A stretch of DNA of 64,000 nucleotides from NCBI GenBank assembly GCA_963840935.1, contig CAWJAS010000001.1, forward strand, positions 256,875-320,874. The letters are read 5' to 3'. The stretch's first letter is position 1. Each line of letters opens with the position of its first letter. This DNA is from Candidatus Magasanikiibacteriota bacterium. Lineage in GTDB: Bacteria; Patescibacteriota; Patescibacteriia; Magasanikbacterales; GWA2-37-8. This document shows positions 36,331 to 47,814 of the stretch, one piece after another. Position numbers and translations under genes: made by a program. The notes below the pieces were generated by a model, which saw only the letters and a list, made by a program, of their open reading frames with translations, ran no database searches and was not told the DNA's origin.

Positions 36331-36352
36331 TTGTTATTGATAATATGCGAGA

Positions 36353-36381
36353 TTGACAAAGCTTTTGAAGCGTGTTATGAT
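36353..36381 (+). promoter_or_regulatory. Sigma70-like promoter (TTGACA-17-TATGAT) upstream of nusA
   Basis: Consensus -35 hexamer, 17-nt spacer and a near-consensus -10. Confidence 0.45.
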
Positions 36382-36444
36382 GAATTATAAGCGCTTCAAT
36401 CATGAAGTTGCTTTTTTGTTAAAAAATTATTAATTTAAAAATTT

Positions 36445-37710
36445 ATGTCCAGCGAAATTTCAAAAGCCATCCAGACTTTGTGCGATGAAAAAAACCTTTC
36501 GTATGATGTGGTTATGGAAACCATTGAAGCCGCACTCGCGGCCGCTTATCGTAAGGATTTTGGTAATAAACAGCAAAATATCCAGGTTAAATTCGACCCG
36601 GAAACCGGTGACATCGCCGCTTGGGATGTGAAAACCGTGGTTGAAGATATTGAAGAAGAAGTTTTGGAAAAAGCCCAAGAAGAATTGGCCGGCAGGCGCG
36701 AAAAAGCCAGGGAAGAAGAGCGTGAACTGACCGAGGAGGAAATTGAAGATTTACCTCGTTTTAATCCAAAAACCGAAATGATGATAAGTGAGGCAAAAAA
36801 AATAAATAAAAAAGCCAAACTTGGCGATGTTTTGGAAATACCTTTAGAAGTGACAAGGGATTTTGGCAGAATGGCCGCGCAAACCGCCAAGCAAGTGATT
36901 ATACAAAAAATTCGCGAAGCTGAAAGGAACATGGTTTACGGGTCATACAAAGACCAAGAAGGAAAAATTATTACCGGCATAATTCAAAGAGTGGAAGGAC
37001 GCAAAGTTTTGATCGACCTTGGTAAAGTGACGGCAATAATGCCTTCAGACCAACAAATCAGCCGTGAATTCTATCGACCGGGAGCTAGGATGAAATTTTT
37101 TGTGCTTGCGGTAAATATGACAGCTAGAGGTCCGGAGATTATATTGTCCAGAAATAGCACCGGAATTATTGAAGAAATTTTTAGGCAAGAAATTCCGGAA
37201 ATCGGCGATGGTGTGATTGAAATAAAAAATATTGCCCGAGACGCAGGTTGGCGTTCCAAAATCGCTGTTTATACCGACGATAATTCCATTGACCCGATTG
37301 GTTCATGTATCGGCCAGCGCGGTGGCAGAATCAACACGATTATTGAAGAATTGGGCGGAGAAAAAATCGATGTGATTAAATGGTCTGATGATCCGGCAGT
37401 TTATATTGGTAACGCCTTATCTCCGGCAAAAGTTTTGCATACGGAAATTGATGAGGACAGCAAAGAAGCCGAAGTATATGTGATACCGGACCAATTTTCT
37501 TTGGCCATCGGGAAAAACGGCCAAAATGTTCGCTTGGCGTCGGAATTGACCGGTTGGTCTATCCGCGTTAAAGAGGAGGGAGGAACACAAGAAATATCAA
37601 GCGAAGAAATTGCAGAGCCTGAAGCAGAGGTGGAGCTCGAAGCGGAAGAGAAAGAAAACACTGAAGAAACGGCAGCGCCGGTGGAAACAGAAGAAAAAAA
37701 GAGCGAATAA
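36445..37710 (+). CDS. nusA: Transcription termination/antitermination factor NusA, with an acidic insertion and an acidic C-terminal tail
   Basis: NusA N-terminal domain, S1 and two KH regions (GSCIGQRGGRINTIIEELGGEKIDVIKW). Confidence 0.85.
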   Translation: MSSEISKAIQTLCDEKNLSYDVVMETIEAALAAAYRKDFGNKQQNIQVKFDPETGDIAAWDVKTVVEDIEEEVLEKAQEELAGRREKAREEERELTEEEIEDLPRFNPKTEMMISEAKKINKKAKLGDVLEIPLEVTRDFGRMAAQTAKQVIIQKIREAERNMVYGSYKDQEGKIITGIIQRVEGRKVLIDLGKVTAIMPSDQQISREFYRPGARMKFFVLAVNMTARGPEIILSRNSTGIIEEIFRQEIPEIGDGVIEIKNIARDAGWRSKIAVYTDDNSIDPIGSCIGQRGGRINTIIEELGGEKIDVIKWSDDPAVYIGNALSPAKVLHTEIDEDSKEAEVYVIPDQFSLAIGKNGQNVRLASELTGWSIRVKEEGGTQEISSEEIAEPEAEVELEAEEKENTEETAAPVETEEKKSE

Positions 37711-37757
37711 ATAATAAAACCCGTCGCTCACGAGCGACAGGTAAAAATTCTTTTTAT

Positions 37758-38540
37758 ATGATTACTTCATTTTTTCACACAATATTATACCAGCCGATAT
37801 TTAATTTATTTGTCGGTATTTATAATATTATTCCGGGCCATGATGTTGGAGTGGTGATTATCATAATCACTCTTATTGTGCGATTAGTGGTTTATCCTTT
37901 GGCTTCAAAATCAATCAAAGCGCAAAAATCGGTTCAGGACCTTCAGCCAAAAATTGATGCCATAAAAAAGGAATACGCGGATGACAAGCAAAAGCAATCT
38001 TTAATGCTCATGAATGCATATAAAGAAAATAAAGTTAATCCTTTTGCTTCTTGCTTGCCTTTGCTTATTCAATTGCCGATTTTGATTGCTTTGTATATGG
38101 TGATGAGAGACGGGCTAACAGCCGATAAATTTTCGCAGGAATTGTATTCGTTTGTGACTAATCCGGGCAAATTAAATCCGATATCTTTTGGATTTATTGA
38201 TATGTCCGCTTCCAAAAATTATATTTTGGCAATTCTTGCCGGCGCGGCGCAATATTGGCAGGCCAAGGGAATGCTTTTGCGACAACCGCCGAAAGAAGCC
38301 GGTGCGGGTGGAAAAGACGAAAACATGGCGTCAATGATGAGCAAACAAATGCTGTATTTTATGCCATTAATGACTGTGGTCATCGGCGTTTCTTTGCCGG
38401 CCGGTCTTACTCTTTATTGGTTATTCAGCACCTTGTTCACTATTGCCCAGCAAACATATTTACTTCGCAAAAAAGACGATGAAGGCCCGAAAAATGAAGA
38501 CAAAAATAAAATCATTGAAGGAGAAGTAGTAAATAAATAA
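37758..38540 (+). CDS. yidC: Membrane protein insertase YidC (short form)
   Basis: Five-TM 60-kDa-insertase core (PLASKSIKAQKSVQDLQPKIDAIKKEY...NPFASCLPLLIQLPILIALY). Confidence 0.8.
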   Translation: MITSFFHTILYQPIFNLFVGIYNIIPGHDVGVVIIIITLIVRLVVYPLASKSIKAQKSVQDLQPKIDAIKKEYADDKQKQSLMLMNAYKENKVNPFASCLPLLIQLPILIALYMVMRDGLTADKFSQELYSFVTNPGKLNPISFGFIDMSASKNYILAILAGAAQYWQAKGMLLRQPPKEAGAGGKDENMASMMSKQMLYFMPLMTVVIGVSLPAGLTLYWLFSTLFTIAQQTYLLRKKDDEGPKNEDKNKIIEGEVVNK

Positions 38541-38548
38541 TTTTATTC

Positions 38549-39121
38549 ATGACTCCTCTCGCGGATTCAATCAATAAAACCCTTTCTTACTTTTCGCTTT
38601 TTAGCTATCCTTTAACCAAAGAGGAATTATTCGCTTTTTTATGGCAACCCCCGTTAGTAAGTTATGAAGATTTTTTGATTAACGGTTTGCCGAATATAAA
38701 TGAAAAATACGGCTATTATTATTTGGGGAATGAAAGCGATATCGTTGATAAACGACGGGAGCGACTATTGATTTGCGAGCAAAAAATAAAAGTTGCCATT
38801 AAAGCGGTGCGAAAAATCAGGTCTGTGCCTTTTATTCGCGCTGTTTTTGTTTGTAATACCGTTGGAGCGGGGACGGCCAATCAAAAAAGTGATATTGATT
38901 TTTTTATTATAACCGCGCCAAAACGCGTTTGGCTGGTCAGATTTTTTACCAATTTAATTTTAAAATTTTGGAATTTGAGAGTTTCGGCGAATAATACGAA
39001 AAGCAAAATTTGTTTATCTTTTTTTGTTGATGCCGATAATTTGAATTTGGATAAACTTCGAAATCGTGAACGAGGATGTCTATTTAGCCTATTGGACCCA
39101 TCAGTTAATTCCTATTTTTGA
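38549..39121 (+). CDS. Hypothetical protein with a nucleotidyltransferase-fold-like motif (GAGTANQKSDIDFFII), possibly the 5' part of a frameshifted gene
   Basis: G[GS]-x-D.D-type motif. It overlaps the next ORF by 56 nt in another frame. Confidence 0.4.
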   Translation: MTPLADSINKTLSYFSLFSYPLTKEELFAFLWQPPLVSYEDFLINGLPNINEKYGYYYLGNESDIVDKRRERLLICEQKIKVAIKAVRKIRSVPFIRAVFVCNTVGAGTANQKSDIDFFIITAPKRVWLVRFFTNLILKFWNLRVSANNTKSKICLSFFVDADNLNLDKLRNRERGCLFSLLDPSVNSYF

Positions 39122-39464
39122 CCCGAATAATTATTATGAGGAATTTTTAAAATCCAATAATTGGACGGTAAAATTTTTGCCCAATGCTTATCGATTAACT
39201 TCAAAATATTTAAGCGAAGTCAAAGACACAAAAAAATCTCGTGTCTGGCGTGGAATTTGGCAAAAAATGTGGAGTGGAATTTATGGCGATATAATCGAAG
39301 GTCAGGTTAAGCAAATTCAAATGTCGATTTTCAAAAAAACGATTAAAAAAATGCCCGAAGCGGGAGATAAAGGAATGGTGATAAGCGACACCATATTAAA
39401 ATTTCATGAAAACGACGCCAGACGACAAATTTTTGAAAATTGGAAAAAAAGAATTAATCAATAA
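39066..39464 (+). CDS. Hypothetical protein, possibly the 3' part of the 38549 gene
   Basis: GTG start inside the upstream ORF. No recognisable family. Confidence 0.35.
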   Translation: MNEDVYLAYWTHQLIPIFDPNNYYEEFLKSNNWTVKFLPNAYRLTSKYLSEVKDTKKSRVWRGIWQKMWSGIYGDIIEGQVKQIQMSIFKKTIKKMPEAGDKGMVISDTILKFHENDARRQIFENWKKRINQ

Positions 39465-39470
39465 TTATAT

Positions 39471-40763
39471 ATGATTAATTTATCAAAAATTACCGATTAT
39501 TTAATTTTAATTTTTTTATTTTTGTTACCATGGCAAACGCGCTGGATTTATGGCGAAGCTTTGTTAAATGGCAGAGCATGGGAATATGGCACTTTGAGTT
39601 TTTACGGCACGGAAATTTTGCTGTGGTTAATTATTATTTTTACCGGCATAAAATTGTTTGGCAATAAGGAGTTTTGGCAACAAATAAAAAAACCATCTTG
39701 GTCGTGGCGTTTATTTGTTTTTGCCCTTGGCATGGCTATGATATTTTTTGGCTTGTATTCATACGCCGTGTCGCCGGTGAGGGAAGTGAGCGTGCAGTTT
39801 ATGAGCAGATTGATTGGGTCAATTTGCTTGATGTTTTGTTTAATAAAATCTGATTTGGGATTCAAAAAAATGGGTTTGGCATTTTGGGGCGGGGGAGTAT
39901 TGCAAGGACTTTTGGCAATTTGGCAATTTTTATCACAATCTGTTTTTTCCAGTAAATGGCTGGGGCTCGCGGGGCACAAAGCGTCAGACATCGGCGCTTC
40001 GGTTATTCAAACAGCTGATGAGCGATGGCTTCGCGCTTACGGCTCTTTTGGTTGGCCGAATTCATTGGGAATTTTTTTGGCTGTTATTTTTGTTTTGGGA
40101 ATATTGCTTACGCAAAAATTTGATAAAAAATATTTGCCGTTTTTTTTGGCCGGCCAAATGATTATTATCGCCGGTTTGATATTTTCTTTTTCAAGAGCGG
40201 CGTGGCTGTCGGCAATTATCGGTCTTGTTGGTTTATTAGCCATATCAATTTGGCAAAAAAATAATCAGATTATTACATTGATTTTGAAAAATGCCATAGC
40301 ATCTTTGTTGGTTGTGCTTACTTTGTCTGCTCTATTTCCAAATTTATTTTTGAGTCGCGTTCAAGCTTCCGGCTATTTGGAACAGTTGTCCATCAGCGAA
40401 AGAGTATCTCAATATGATACTGCCGGAAAAATTATTGCCGATAATTTTTTTATGGGAGTGGGGCCCGGGTTGTACACATATTATTTAGCGGAGAATTTTG
40501 ACCCAGTCGCCTATGGTCTTTATCAGCCGGTTCATAATGTTTACTTGCTTGCTTTGACGGAATTTGGCATTATTTGGTTTGTAATTTTTCTAATAGGATT
40601 AGTATTTCTGATCGCGCATTTGTATAAAAAAAATATTTTATTTTTGCCTTTAATTATCGTTTTGTTTTGTTTTGGTTTTTTTGATCATTATTTGTGGACG
40701 TTGTTTACCGGGCAAGCGATATTTTTTACGGTTTTTGGGCTTTCTTTGGCCAAAAACGATTAA
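39471..40763 (+). CDS. O-antigen ligase/polymerase (Wzy/WaaL-like) family polytopic membrane protein
   Basis: About 10 TM helices with a Wzy_C-like segment (FSFSRAAWLSAIIGLVGLL). Confidence 0.55.
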   Translation: MINLSKITDYLILIFLFLLPWQTRWIYGEALLNGRAWEYGTLSFYGTEILLWLIIIFTGIKLFGNKEFWQQIKKPSWSWRLFVFALGMAMIFFGLYSYAVSPVREVSVQFMSRLIGSICLMFCLIKSDLGFKKMGLAFWGGGVLQGLLAIWQFLSQSVFSSKWLGLAGHKASDIGASVIQTADERWLRAYGSFGWPNSLGIFLAVIFVLGILLTQKFDKKYLPFFLAGQMIIIAGLIFSFSRAAWLSAIIGLVGLLAISIWQKNNQIITLILKNAIASLLVVLTLSALFPNLFLSRVQASGYLEQLSISERVSQYDTAGKIIADNFFMGVGPGLYTYYLAENFDPVAYGLYQPVHNVYLLALTEFGIIWFVIFLIGLVFLIAHLYKKNILFLPLIIVLFCFGFFDHYLWTLFTGQAIFFTVFGLSLAKND

Positions 40764-40789
40764 TTAACCGGCTTGTCAAGGATGGGGTA

Positions 40790-40817
40790 TTGACAAGTTT
40801 TTTTATTAGGCTAAAAT
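40790..40817 (+). promoter_or_regulatory. Candidate groESL promoter (TTGACA-16-TAAAAT)
   Basis: Consensus -35 hexamer with a 16-nt spacer, immediately upstream of the CIRCE-like element. Confidence 0.45.
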
Positions 40818-40826
40818 GTAATCAAA

Positions 40827-40853
40827 TTATCACTCCATTATCAAGAGTGATAA
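40827..40853. promoter_or_regulatory. CIRCE-like HrcA operator (TTATCACTC-N9-GAGTGATAA)
   Basis: Perfect 9-bp inverted repeat with a 9-nt spacer. It differs from the canonical CIRCE (TTAGCACTC-N9-GAGTGCTAA) by one compensated position per arm. It sits between the promoter and groES. Confidence 0.6.
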
Positions 40854-40863
40854 ATCGTTCAGT

Positions 40864-40987
40864 GTCATTGCGAGCCGCCAAAGGGGGCGCGGCAATCCCA
40901 TTGTTTTCAGAGCTATGTTGTTGGTTCAAAATACCGTGGGATCGCCACGTCGCTTCCTGCCTGCAGGCAGGCGCTCCTCGCGATGAC
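40864..40987. repeat. Palindromic MITE-like element (124 bp) in the groES 5' UTR
   Basis: Same termini as the leuS copies (gtcattgcgag ... ctcgcgatgac), with an extra internal palindrome cctgcctgcaggcagg. Confidence 0.7.
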
Positions 40988-41011
40988 AAATAATTTATTA
41001 ATTTTATATAT

Positions 41012-41317
41012 ATGAACATAAAACCATTAGGTGACCGAGTGTTGGTCAAGCCAACAAAAGAGGAAGAGGTGACCGCGTCCGGAATTGTTTTGCCGGATAC
41101 TGTGGATAAAGAAAAAAAGGCCGAAGGTGAGATTGTTGCTGTCGGTAATGGCGAATATATCACCAAGTTAGGATTGAAAGTCGGTGATAAAATTTTATAT
41201 AAAAAATGGGGAGGGGAAGACGTGAAGACAGGTCGCGGAAAAGATGACCCGGAATACAAAATTTTGTATGTGGGCCGTGAAGAAGATAAAAGCGATGTTG
41301 TGGCTGTGATAGAATAA
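41012..41317 (+). CDS. groES: Co-chaperonin GroES
   Basis: 101 aa, [14 protein letters not shown]... Confidence 0.9.
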   Translation: MNIKPLGDRVLVKPTKEEEVTASGIVLPDTVDKEKKAEGEIVAVGNGEYITKLGLKVGDKILYKKWGGEDVKTGRGKDDPEYKILYVGREEDKSDVVAVIE

Positions 41318-41341
41318 ATATTTAATCGCATAAAATTTTAA

Positions 41342-42985
<1,644 letters not shown>

Positions 42986-43012
42986 AGACGAATGTTAAAT
43001 GCTTAAAACTTT

Positions 43013-43040
43013 AAGCGCGCCTTGTCAGGCGCGCTTTTTG
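43013..43040 (+). terminator. Rho-independent terminator after groEL
   Basis: aagcgcgcc-ttgtca-ggcgcgctt followed by TTTT. Confidence 0.65.
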
Positions 43041-43107
43041 TTATCTTCCTTTTTCCTGGTAAATATACTATACTAAATATAGCGTTTTTCAAATCATAAT
43101 AATCAAT

Positions 43108-44949
43108 ATGAAAAAAATATTACTTTATGGCTCGGGAGCCATTTTAGCGTTTTTTTTGTTTTTTGTTTCGAGTACTCAAGTTTCCGCTGAAACAAAAACC
43201 AGAATACCTAGGACCGGTGAAAATATAGCTTCAGTGGGAACGATTGCCTGGACAAATCCGGATAATATTACTGGTAACGACGTCATATCTGCCGTTGCTT
43301 CATCTGTACCTGCCGGTGGCGGCATTACTAATTATTTGCAAGGTACTGATTTTAGATTTTCCAATGTACCCATTCCGGACGATGCCTTCATCCAAGGAAT
43401 AAGACTGCGCATCAAAAGGTTTTCGTCTTCTGACGGTACCGGCCAGCGCTTGAGAGATAGTGTTGTAAGTTTAATGAAAAATGGTATTATCGTTGGTGAT
43501 AATAAAGCGGTAACAAGTACAAATTGGCCGACCGATTTTGCGGTTAGAGCATATGGCGGAGAAAATGATTTGTGGGGCACAACTTGGACTCCCGCCGATA
43601 TAAATACTTCAACATTCGGAGCCGTACTATCCGCGGCCAATAATAACGGGTCTTTAGCTCGAACCGGAACTGTAGATTATTTTCAAGTAGTTGTTTATTA
43701 TTTTAGAACTTCGACTTTGGAAGTTGGAGACGCAACGGGAATATATGGCGGATCGGTCAATTTAACAGCTACTTTAACCCCGGCAGTTAGCGGACAAAGC
43801 ATTGTCTTTTCTCTTAATGGTACTGATGTGGGGACTTCAACAATAGACATAAATGGAGTAGCCATGTTGAGCGACGCCAGTTTAAGTGGTATTGACGTGG
43901 GCGCGTATCCCACCGGTGTTGGAGCGGTATTTGCCGGTGATGATTATTATGTTTCGAGCACTGCTTCAAATACATTAACTATTAGTGCCAAACCATTGAC
44001 TATTACTGCTCTAGATAAAAATAAATATGTCGGCGAAGTTGACCCGGTTTTAACATATACATCTTCTGATTCCTCGGCGTCTTTTTCTGGGTCTTTGACC
44101 AGAACTACCGGAGAAACATCGGGAACTTATGAAATTCAGCAAGGTACATTGGCAATTGTTGGCACAAATTATTTTATCAATAGCTTTGTACCGGCGTATT
44201 TAACCATCCAACATAAAGGCGGTTCAAGTTTACCGGATGGTTTTAATTTACCCCCGATAGCGCCCGTAGGCGGATTTAGCGTTCATCTTTCAGATAACAA
44301 ACAAACCACTTCAAATCGCATAGTAACTTTAAATCTATCTGGTGGCTCAGCTGTCAGAATGGCAATTTCTAATTTTTCAGATTTCAGATTTGCCGGTCAA
44401 ATTCCCTATAGTCCCATTATTAATTGGAATATTTGCGAAGGCAAAGAAAGCTGTGTGTGGGGTATAAACAAGATTTATGTTAAGTTTTTTACACAATATG
44501 GATATTCATCTGAAACATTAGTTTTTGAGGTAAATTATACGGGTCAAGATATAGAAAAAATTGAAGATTCGAACGAATTTTTTGTTGGAGGAGAATATAA
44601 CCAAGATGATATATTGGCTTTGATTAATAGTATTAAAATTGGCGAAAGAAATGAAAAAGTCAAACAACTGCAAACAATATTAAAGAATAAAGATTTTTTC
44701 CGGTATTCAACAGCCACAGGTTATTACGGTAATATTACCAAACAAGCGATTATTGATTATTTAATTAGTATTAAAAAAGACGGTCTGGGCTCTTTGGTAA
44801 AAATTATCAGATATGGCGAAAGAAGCGAAGCGATTAAATATGTTCAAACACAATTGAAAGAAATGGGGTTTTTTGAATATCCCACAATTACAGGTTTTTA
44901 TGGGGCTATTACACAAAAGGCCATTAATGATTATTTAGCAATTCAATAG
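43108..44949 (+). CDS. Secreted protein with an MBG/Ig-like domain and two C-terminal peptidoglycan-binding (PG_binding_1-like) repeats
   Basis: Signal peptide, an MBG-like segment (LTITALDKNKYVGEVDPVLTYT...TGETSGTYEI), and duplicated ...FFRYSTATGYYGNITKQAIIDYL / FFEYPTITGFYGAITQKAINDYL repeats. Confidence 0.55.
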   Translation: MKKILLYGSGAILAFFLFFVSSTQVSAETKTRIPRTGENIASVGTIAWTNPDNITGNDVISAVASSVPAGGGITNYLQGTDFRFSNVPIPDDAFIQGIRLRIKRFSSSDGTGQRLRDSVVSLMKNGIIVGDNKAVTSTNWPTDFAVRAYGGENDLWGTTWTPADINTSTFGAVLSAANNNGSLARTGTVDYFQVVVYYFRTSTLEVGDATGIYGGSVNLTATLTPAVSGQSIVFSLNGTDVGTSTIDINGVAMLSDASLSGIDVGAYPTGVGAVFAGDDYYVSSTASNTLTISAKPLTITALDKNKYVGEVDPVLTYTSSDSSASFSGSLTRTTGETSGTYEIQQGTLAIVGTNYFINSFVPAYLTIQHKGGSSLPDGFNLPPIAPVGGFSVHLSDNKQTTSNRIVTLNLSGGSAVRMAISNFSDFRFAGQIPYSPIINWNICEGKESCVWGINKIYVKFFTQYGYSSETLVFEVNYTGQDIEKIEDSNEFFVGGEYNQDDILALINSIKIGERNEKVKQLQTILKNKDFFRYSTATGYYGNITKQAIIDYLISIKKDGLGSLVKIIRYGERSEAIKYVQTQLKEMGFFEYPTITGFYGAITQKAINDYLAIQ

Positions 44950-44956
44950 ACGGATA

Positions 44957-45460
44957 TTGTTAATTTTTATGGTTTATTCTATAGCCCACTTTTTTATCTC
45001 ATTTCCGCCGGCAATCGCAACTGTTTTGATGGCGATGACCCCGGTCGGGGAATTGCGACTGGCTTTGCCTATAGCTATTTTAGTTTTCAAAATGCCAATT
45101 TGGCAAGTGATGCCCCTTGTTATTTTGGGGAATTTTATTCCCGCTTTTATAATTATGTTTTTTGCCAAGCGATTTCATGAATATATTGATAAAAAATCCG
45201 GAATTTTGTCGCGCGGATGGATAAAGGCATTGCATCGGGCGCAAGAAAAATTATCAGGCAAATATCAAAAATACGGTCTGATTGGTTTACTGCTTTTTGT
45301 GGGAATTCCTTTGCCATTTACCGGGGCTTGGACTGGCGCTTTAGGGGCATTTGTGTTTGGCATTCCTTTGCGCAAGGCCTGGCCGTTTATGCTTGGCGGT
45401 ATAATCATGTCATCAATTATCACATTATTCGTAACAGTTGGGGCTAATAGAATATTTTAA
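44957..45460 (+). CDS. Small polytopic membrane protein (COG2426-like)
   Basis: Four or five TM helices, 167 aa. Confidence 0.45.
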   Translation: MLIFMVYSIAHFFISFPPAIATVLMAMTPVGELRLALPIAILVFKMPIWQVMPLVILGNFIPAFIIMFFAKRFHEYIDKKSGILSRGWIKALHRAQEKLSGKYQKYGLIGLLLFVGIPLPFTGAWTGALGAFVFGIPLRKAWPFMLGGIIMSSIITLFVTVGANRIF

Positions 45461-45468
45461 TTTTTAAT

Positions 45469-45654
45469 ATGGAAAAATATAAACCGGAAATTAATTTTAA
45501 TCAAATTAATTCAATAGAAGGACAATTAGAAAAATTGCGTTCCGAATACGCCCGGGCAAAAAATGATCCCCGTCACAAAACAAGAGCGCAAGAATTGTTG
45601 CGAAAAATAAACCAGCTTGAAAAAGCAAAATATAATTCGCTTTATAAAAAATGA
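45469..45654 (+). CDS. Small basic coiled-coil hypothetical protein
   Basis: 61 aa, ending 4 nt into uvrB. Confidence 0.3.
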   Translation: MEKYKPEINFNQINSIEGQLEKLRSEYARAKNDPRHKTRAQELLRKINQLEKAKYNSLYKK

Positions 45655-46967
45655 AATTTAAATTACATTCAAAATACAAACCGGCTGGAGATCAGCCAAA
45701 GGCCATCGACCAATTGGTCGATGGTTTAAAAAAAGGGTTTGATAAACAAACTCTGCTTGGTGTTACCGGTTCGGGAAAAACATTTACCGTCGCCAATGTA
45801 ATTGAAAAATCGCAATTACCAACTTTGGTTATCGCGCACAACAAAACTTTGGCAGCGCAATTGTGTAATGAGTTCCGTGAATTTTTTCCGAATAATGCGG
45901 TTGAATATTTTGTTTCATATTATGATTATTATCAACCGGAAGCGTATTTGCCAGGGTCAGACACATACATAGAAAAAGAAGCAATGATCAACCAAGAAAT
46001 TGATCGCTTGCGCCATGCTTGCACGCAAGCGCTTTTAACTCGGCGCGATGTTATTATTGTCGCTTCGGTTTCCGCTATTTATGGATTAGGTTCGCCTAAA
46101 CAATATGAAAATATTGTTTTGCATTTAACCGTCCACCAAAAATTAAACCGCTCAAAACTCCTTAAACAATTGATTGATATGCAATTTGGGCGGACCAGTA
46201 CCGATTTAAAAAGAGGGGAGTTTCGCTTGCGCGGACAAGTTTTGGAAATTATGCCGGTCAACGAAGAAATGATTTATCGTCTTCAAGTGAACGAACAAAT
46301 TGAATCAATTGAAGCAATAGACCCGCTTACAAGAAAAATGAAGCGCGAACAAAATGATCTCTGGCTTTTTCCGTCAAAACATTACGTGGTCGGCGAAGAA
46401 GCAAAAGAAAATGCTTTCAAAGAAATACGCGATGAATTAAAAAAACAACTCAAGAATTTTGAAAAAGCTGGAAAAGTTTTGGAATATGAAAGATTAAAAC
46501 GCCGAACGAATTATGATTTGGAGATGATAAAAAATATCGGTTATTGCAATGGCATTGAAAATTATTCCAGGCATTTTGACGGGCGAGTGTCGGGTGAACC
46601 ACCATTTACTCTTCTTGATTATTTTGCTTATGGAAATAGTGATGGTTTTCTAACAATAATTGATGAATCACATGTGACCGTTCCGCAAATTCGTGGAATG
46701 TATTTTGGTGACAGGTCGCGCAAAGATACATTGGTTGAACATGGGTTCAGATTGCCAAGCGCTCGCGACAATCGCCCGCTTCAATTTGATGAATTTGAAT
46801 TGAGAACAAAAAATACCATATATATGTCTGCCACTCCGAGCGACTATGAAATTAAAGAAAGCGACCAAGTGGTTGAGCAGATTGTTCGGCCGACCGGTTT
46901 GATTGACCCGGAGGTTATTATTAGGCCGGTGACGGGAAAAGAAGGTGAAATTGTCGCAGGTGGATGA
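45651..46967 (+). CDS. uvrB: Excinuclease ABC subunit B, N-terminal ~435 aa (gene is interrupted downstream)
   Basis: Walker A ([10 protein letters not shown]), the beta-hairpin region [10 protein letters not shown], and helicase motifs. Confidence 0.85.
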   Translation: MKFKLHSKYKPAGDQPKAIDQLVDGLKKGFDKQTLLGVTGSGKTFTVANVIEKSQLPTLVIAHNKTLAAQLCNEFREFFPNNAVEYFVSYYDYYQPEAYLPGSDTYIEKEAMINQEIDRLRHACTQALLTRRDVIIVASVSAIYGLGSPKQYENIVLHLTVHQKLNRSKLLKQLIDMQFGRTSTDLKRGEFRLRGQVLEIMPVNEEMIYRLQVNEQIESIEAIDPLTRKMKREQNDLWLFPSKHYVVGEEAKENAFKEIRDELKKQLKNFEKAGKVLEYERLKRRTNYDLEMIKNIGYCNGIENYSRHFDGRVSGEPPFTLLDYFAYGNSDGFLTIIDESHVTVPQIRGMYFGDRSRKDTLVEHGFRLPSARDNRPLQFDEFELRTKNTIYMSATPSDYEIKESDQVVEQIVRPTGLIDPEVIIRPVTGKEGEIVAGG

Positions 46968-47245
46968 TCTGTTGGTGAGAATTGATGAGCGGATTAAAAT
47001 CGGTGAGCGTGTTTTGGCAACAACTTTAACTAAAAAGATGGCAGAAGATCTGTCTGAATATTTGGAAAAGAAAGAAAATTAAAGTTAAATATTTACATAG
47101 CGACATAGATACGATTGAACGAATAGAAATTATTACTGATTTGCGTTTGGGTAAAATTGATGTGATTGTCGGCGTGAATTTGCTTCGCGAAGGTTTGGAT
47201 ATGCCGGAAGTTTCTTTGGTGGCGATTCTTGGACGCGGATAAAGA
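46940..47245 (+). pseudogene. uvrB: uvrB central segment carrying three +/-1 frameshifts
   Basis: Conserved UvrB peptides can be read only by switching frames three times: [39 protein letters not shown], then [50 protein letters not shown], then DADKEGFLR. The implied indels are in short homopolymers. Confidence 0.7.
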
Positions 47246-47726
47246 AGGATTTTTGCGCAATTCCACCTCTCTCATACAAACAATCGGCCGGGCGGCTCGA
47301 AATGTGAATGGGCAAGTTGTTTTGTATGCCGATGTAATTACCGGTTCAATTAAACAAGCCGTTCGAGAGACTGATAGACGGCGTAAAATACAAATTGAGT
47401 ACAACAAACAACATGGCATTACGCCAAAAACAATTGAAAAAAATATCAGAAATATTTTGGAGGAGTTTGGCCTATCTTCATCAAAAAACAAGAACACAAA
47501 AACATTAAAACAAAAACGCGACCGAACGATTGCGGAATTGGATACATTGGGAGACGGTAGGCCGACGGAGGAAATTATCAGAGACAAAGAAAAACAAATG
47601 CGTAAATCGGCGAAGAATTTACAATTCGAACTGGCGGCTATTTTGCGGGATGAAATACATGAATTGAGTAAAAAGTCAGATGTGTCATCGCGAGGAGGAG
47701 CAAAGCGACGACGTGGCAATCTATAA
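47229..47726 (+). CDS. uvrB: Excinuclease ABC subunit B, C-terminal part including the UVR domain
   Basis: [27 protein letters not shown] ... [11 protein letters not shown]. Confidence 0.8.
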   Translation: MDADKEGFLRNSTSLIQTIGRAARNVNGQVVLYADVITGSIKQAVRETDRRRKIQIEYNKQHGITPKTIEKNIRNILEEFGLSSSKNKNTKTLKQKRDRTIAELDTLGDGRPTEEIIRDKEKQMRKSAKNLQFELAAILRDEIHELSKKSDVSSRGGAKRRRGNL

Positions 47727-47814
47727 TTTTTTGGGTATGAATGGTAGACAATAAAAAAACGGACCGAGATAGAATCTCGGTCCGAGTGTTTATATGAATG
47801 AGCTTGCAAGGCTA

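Noticed and set aside
37711-37757. Hairpin (gtcgctc-acg-agcgac) after nusA as a terminator
   Set aside because: No adjacent T-run follows. Probably only a weak or non-functional structure.
47093-47809. A 238-aa minus-strand ORF opposite the uvrB 3' part
   Set aside because: It overlaps clearly conserved UvrB coding sequence on the plus strand. Low-complexity translation.
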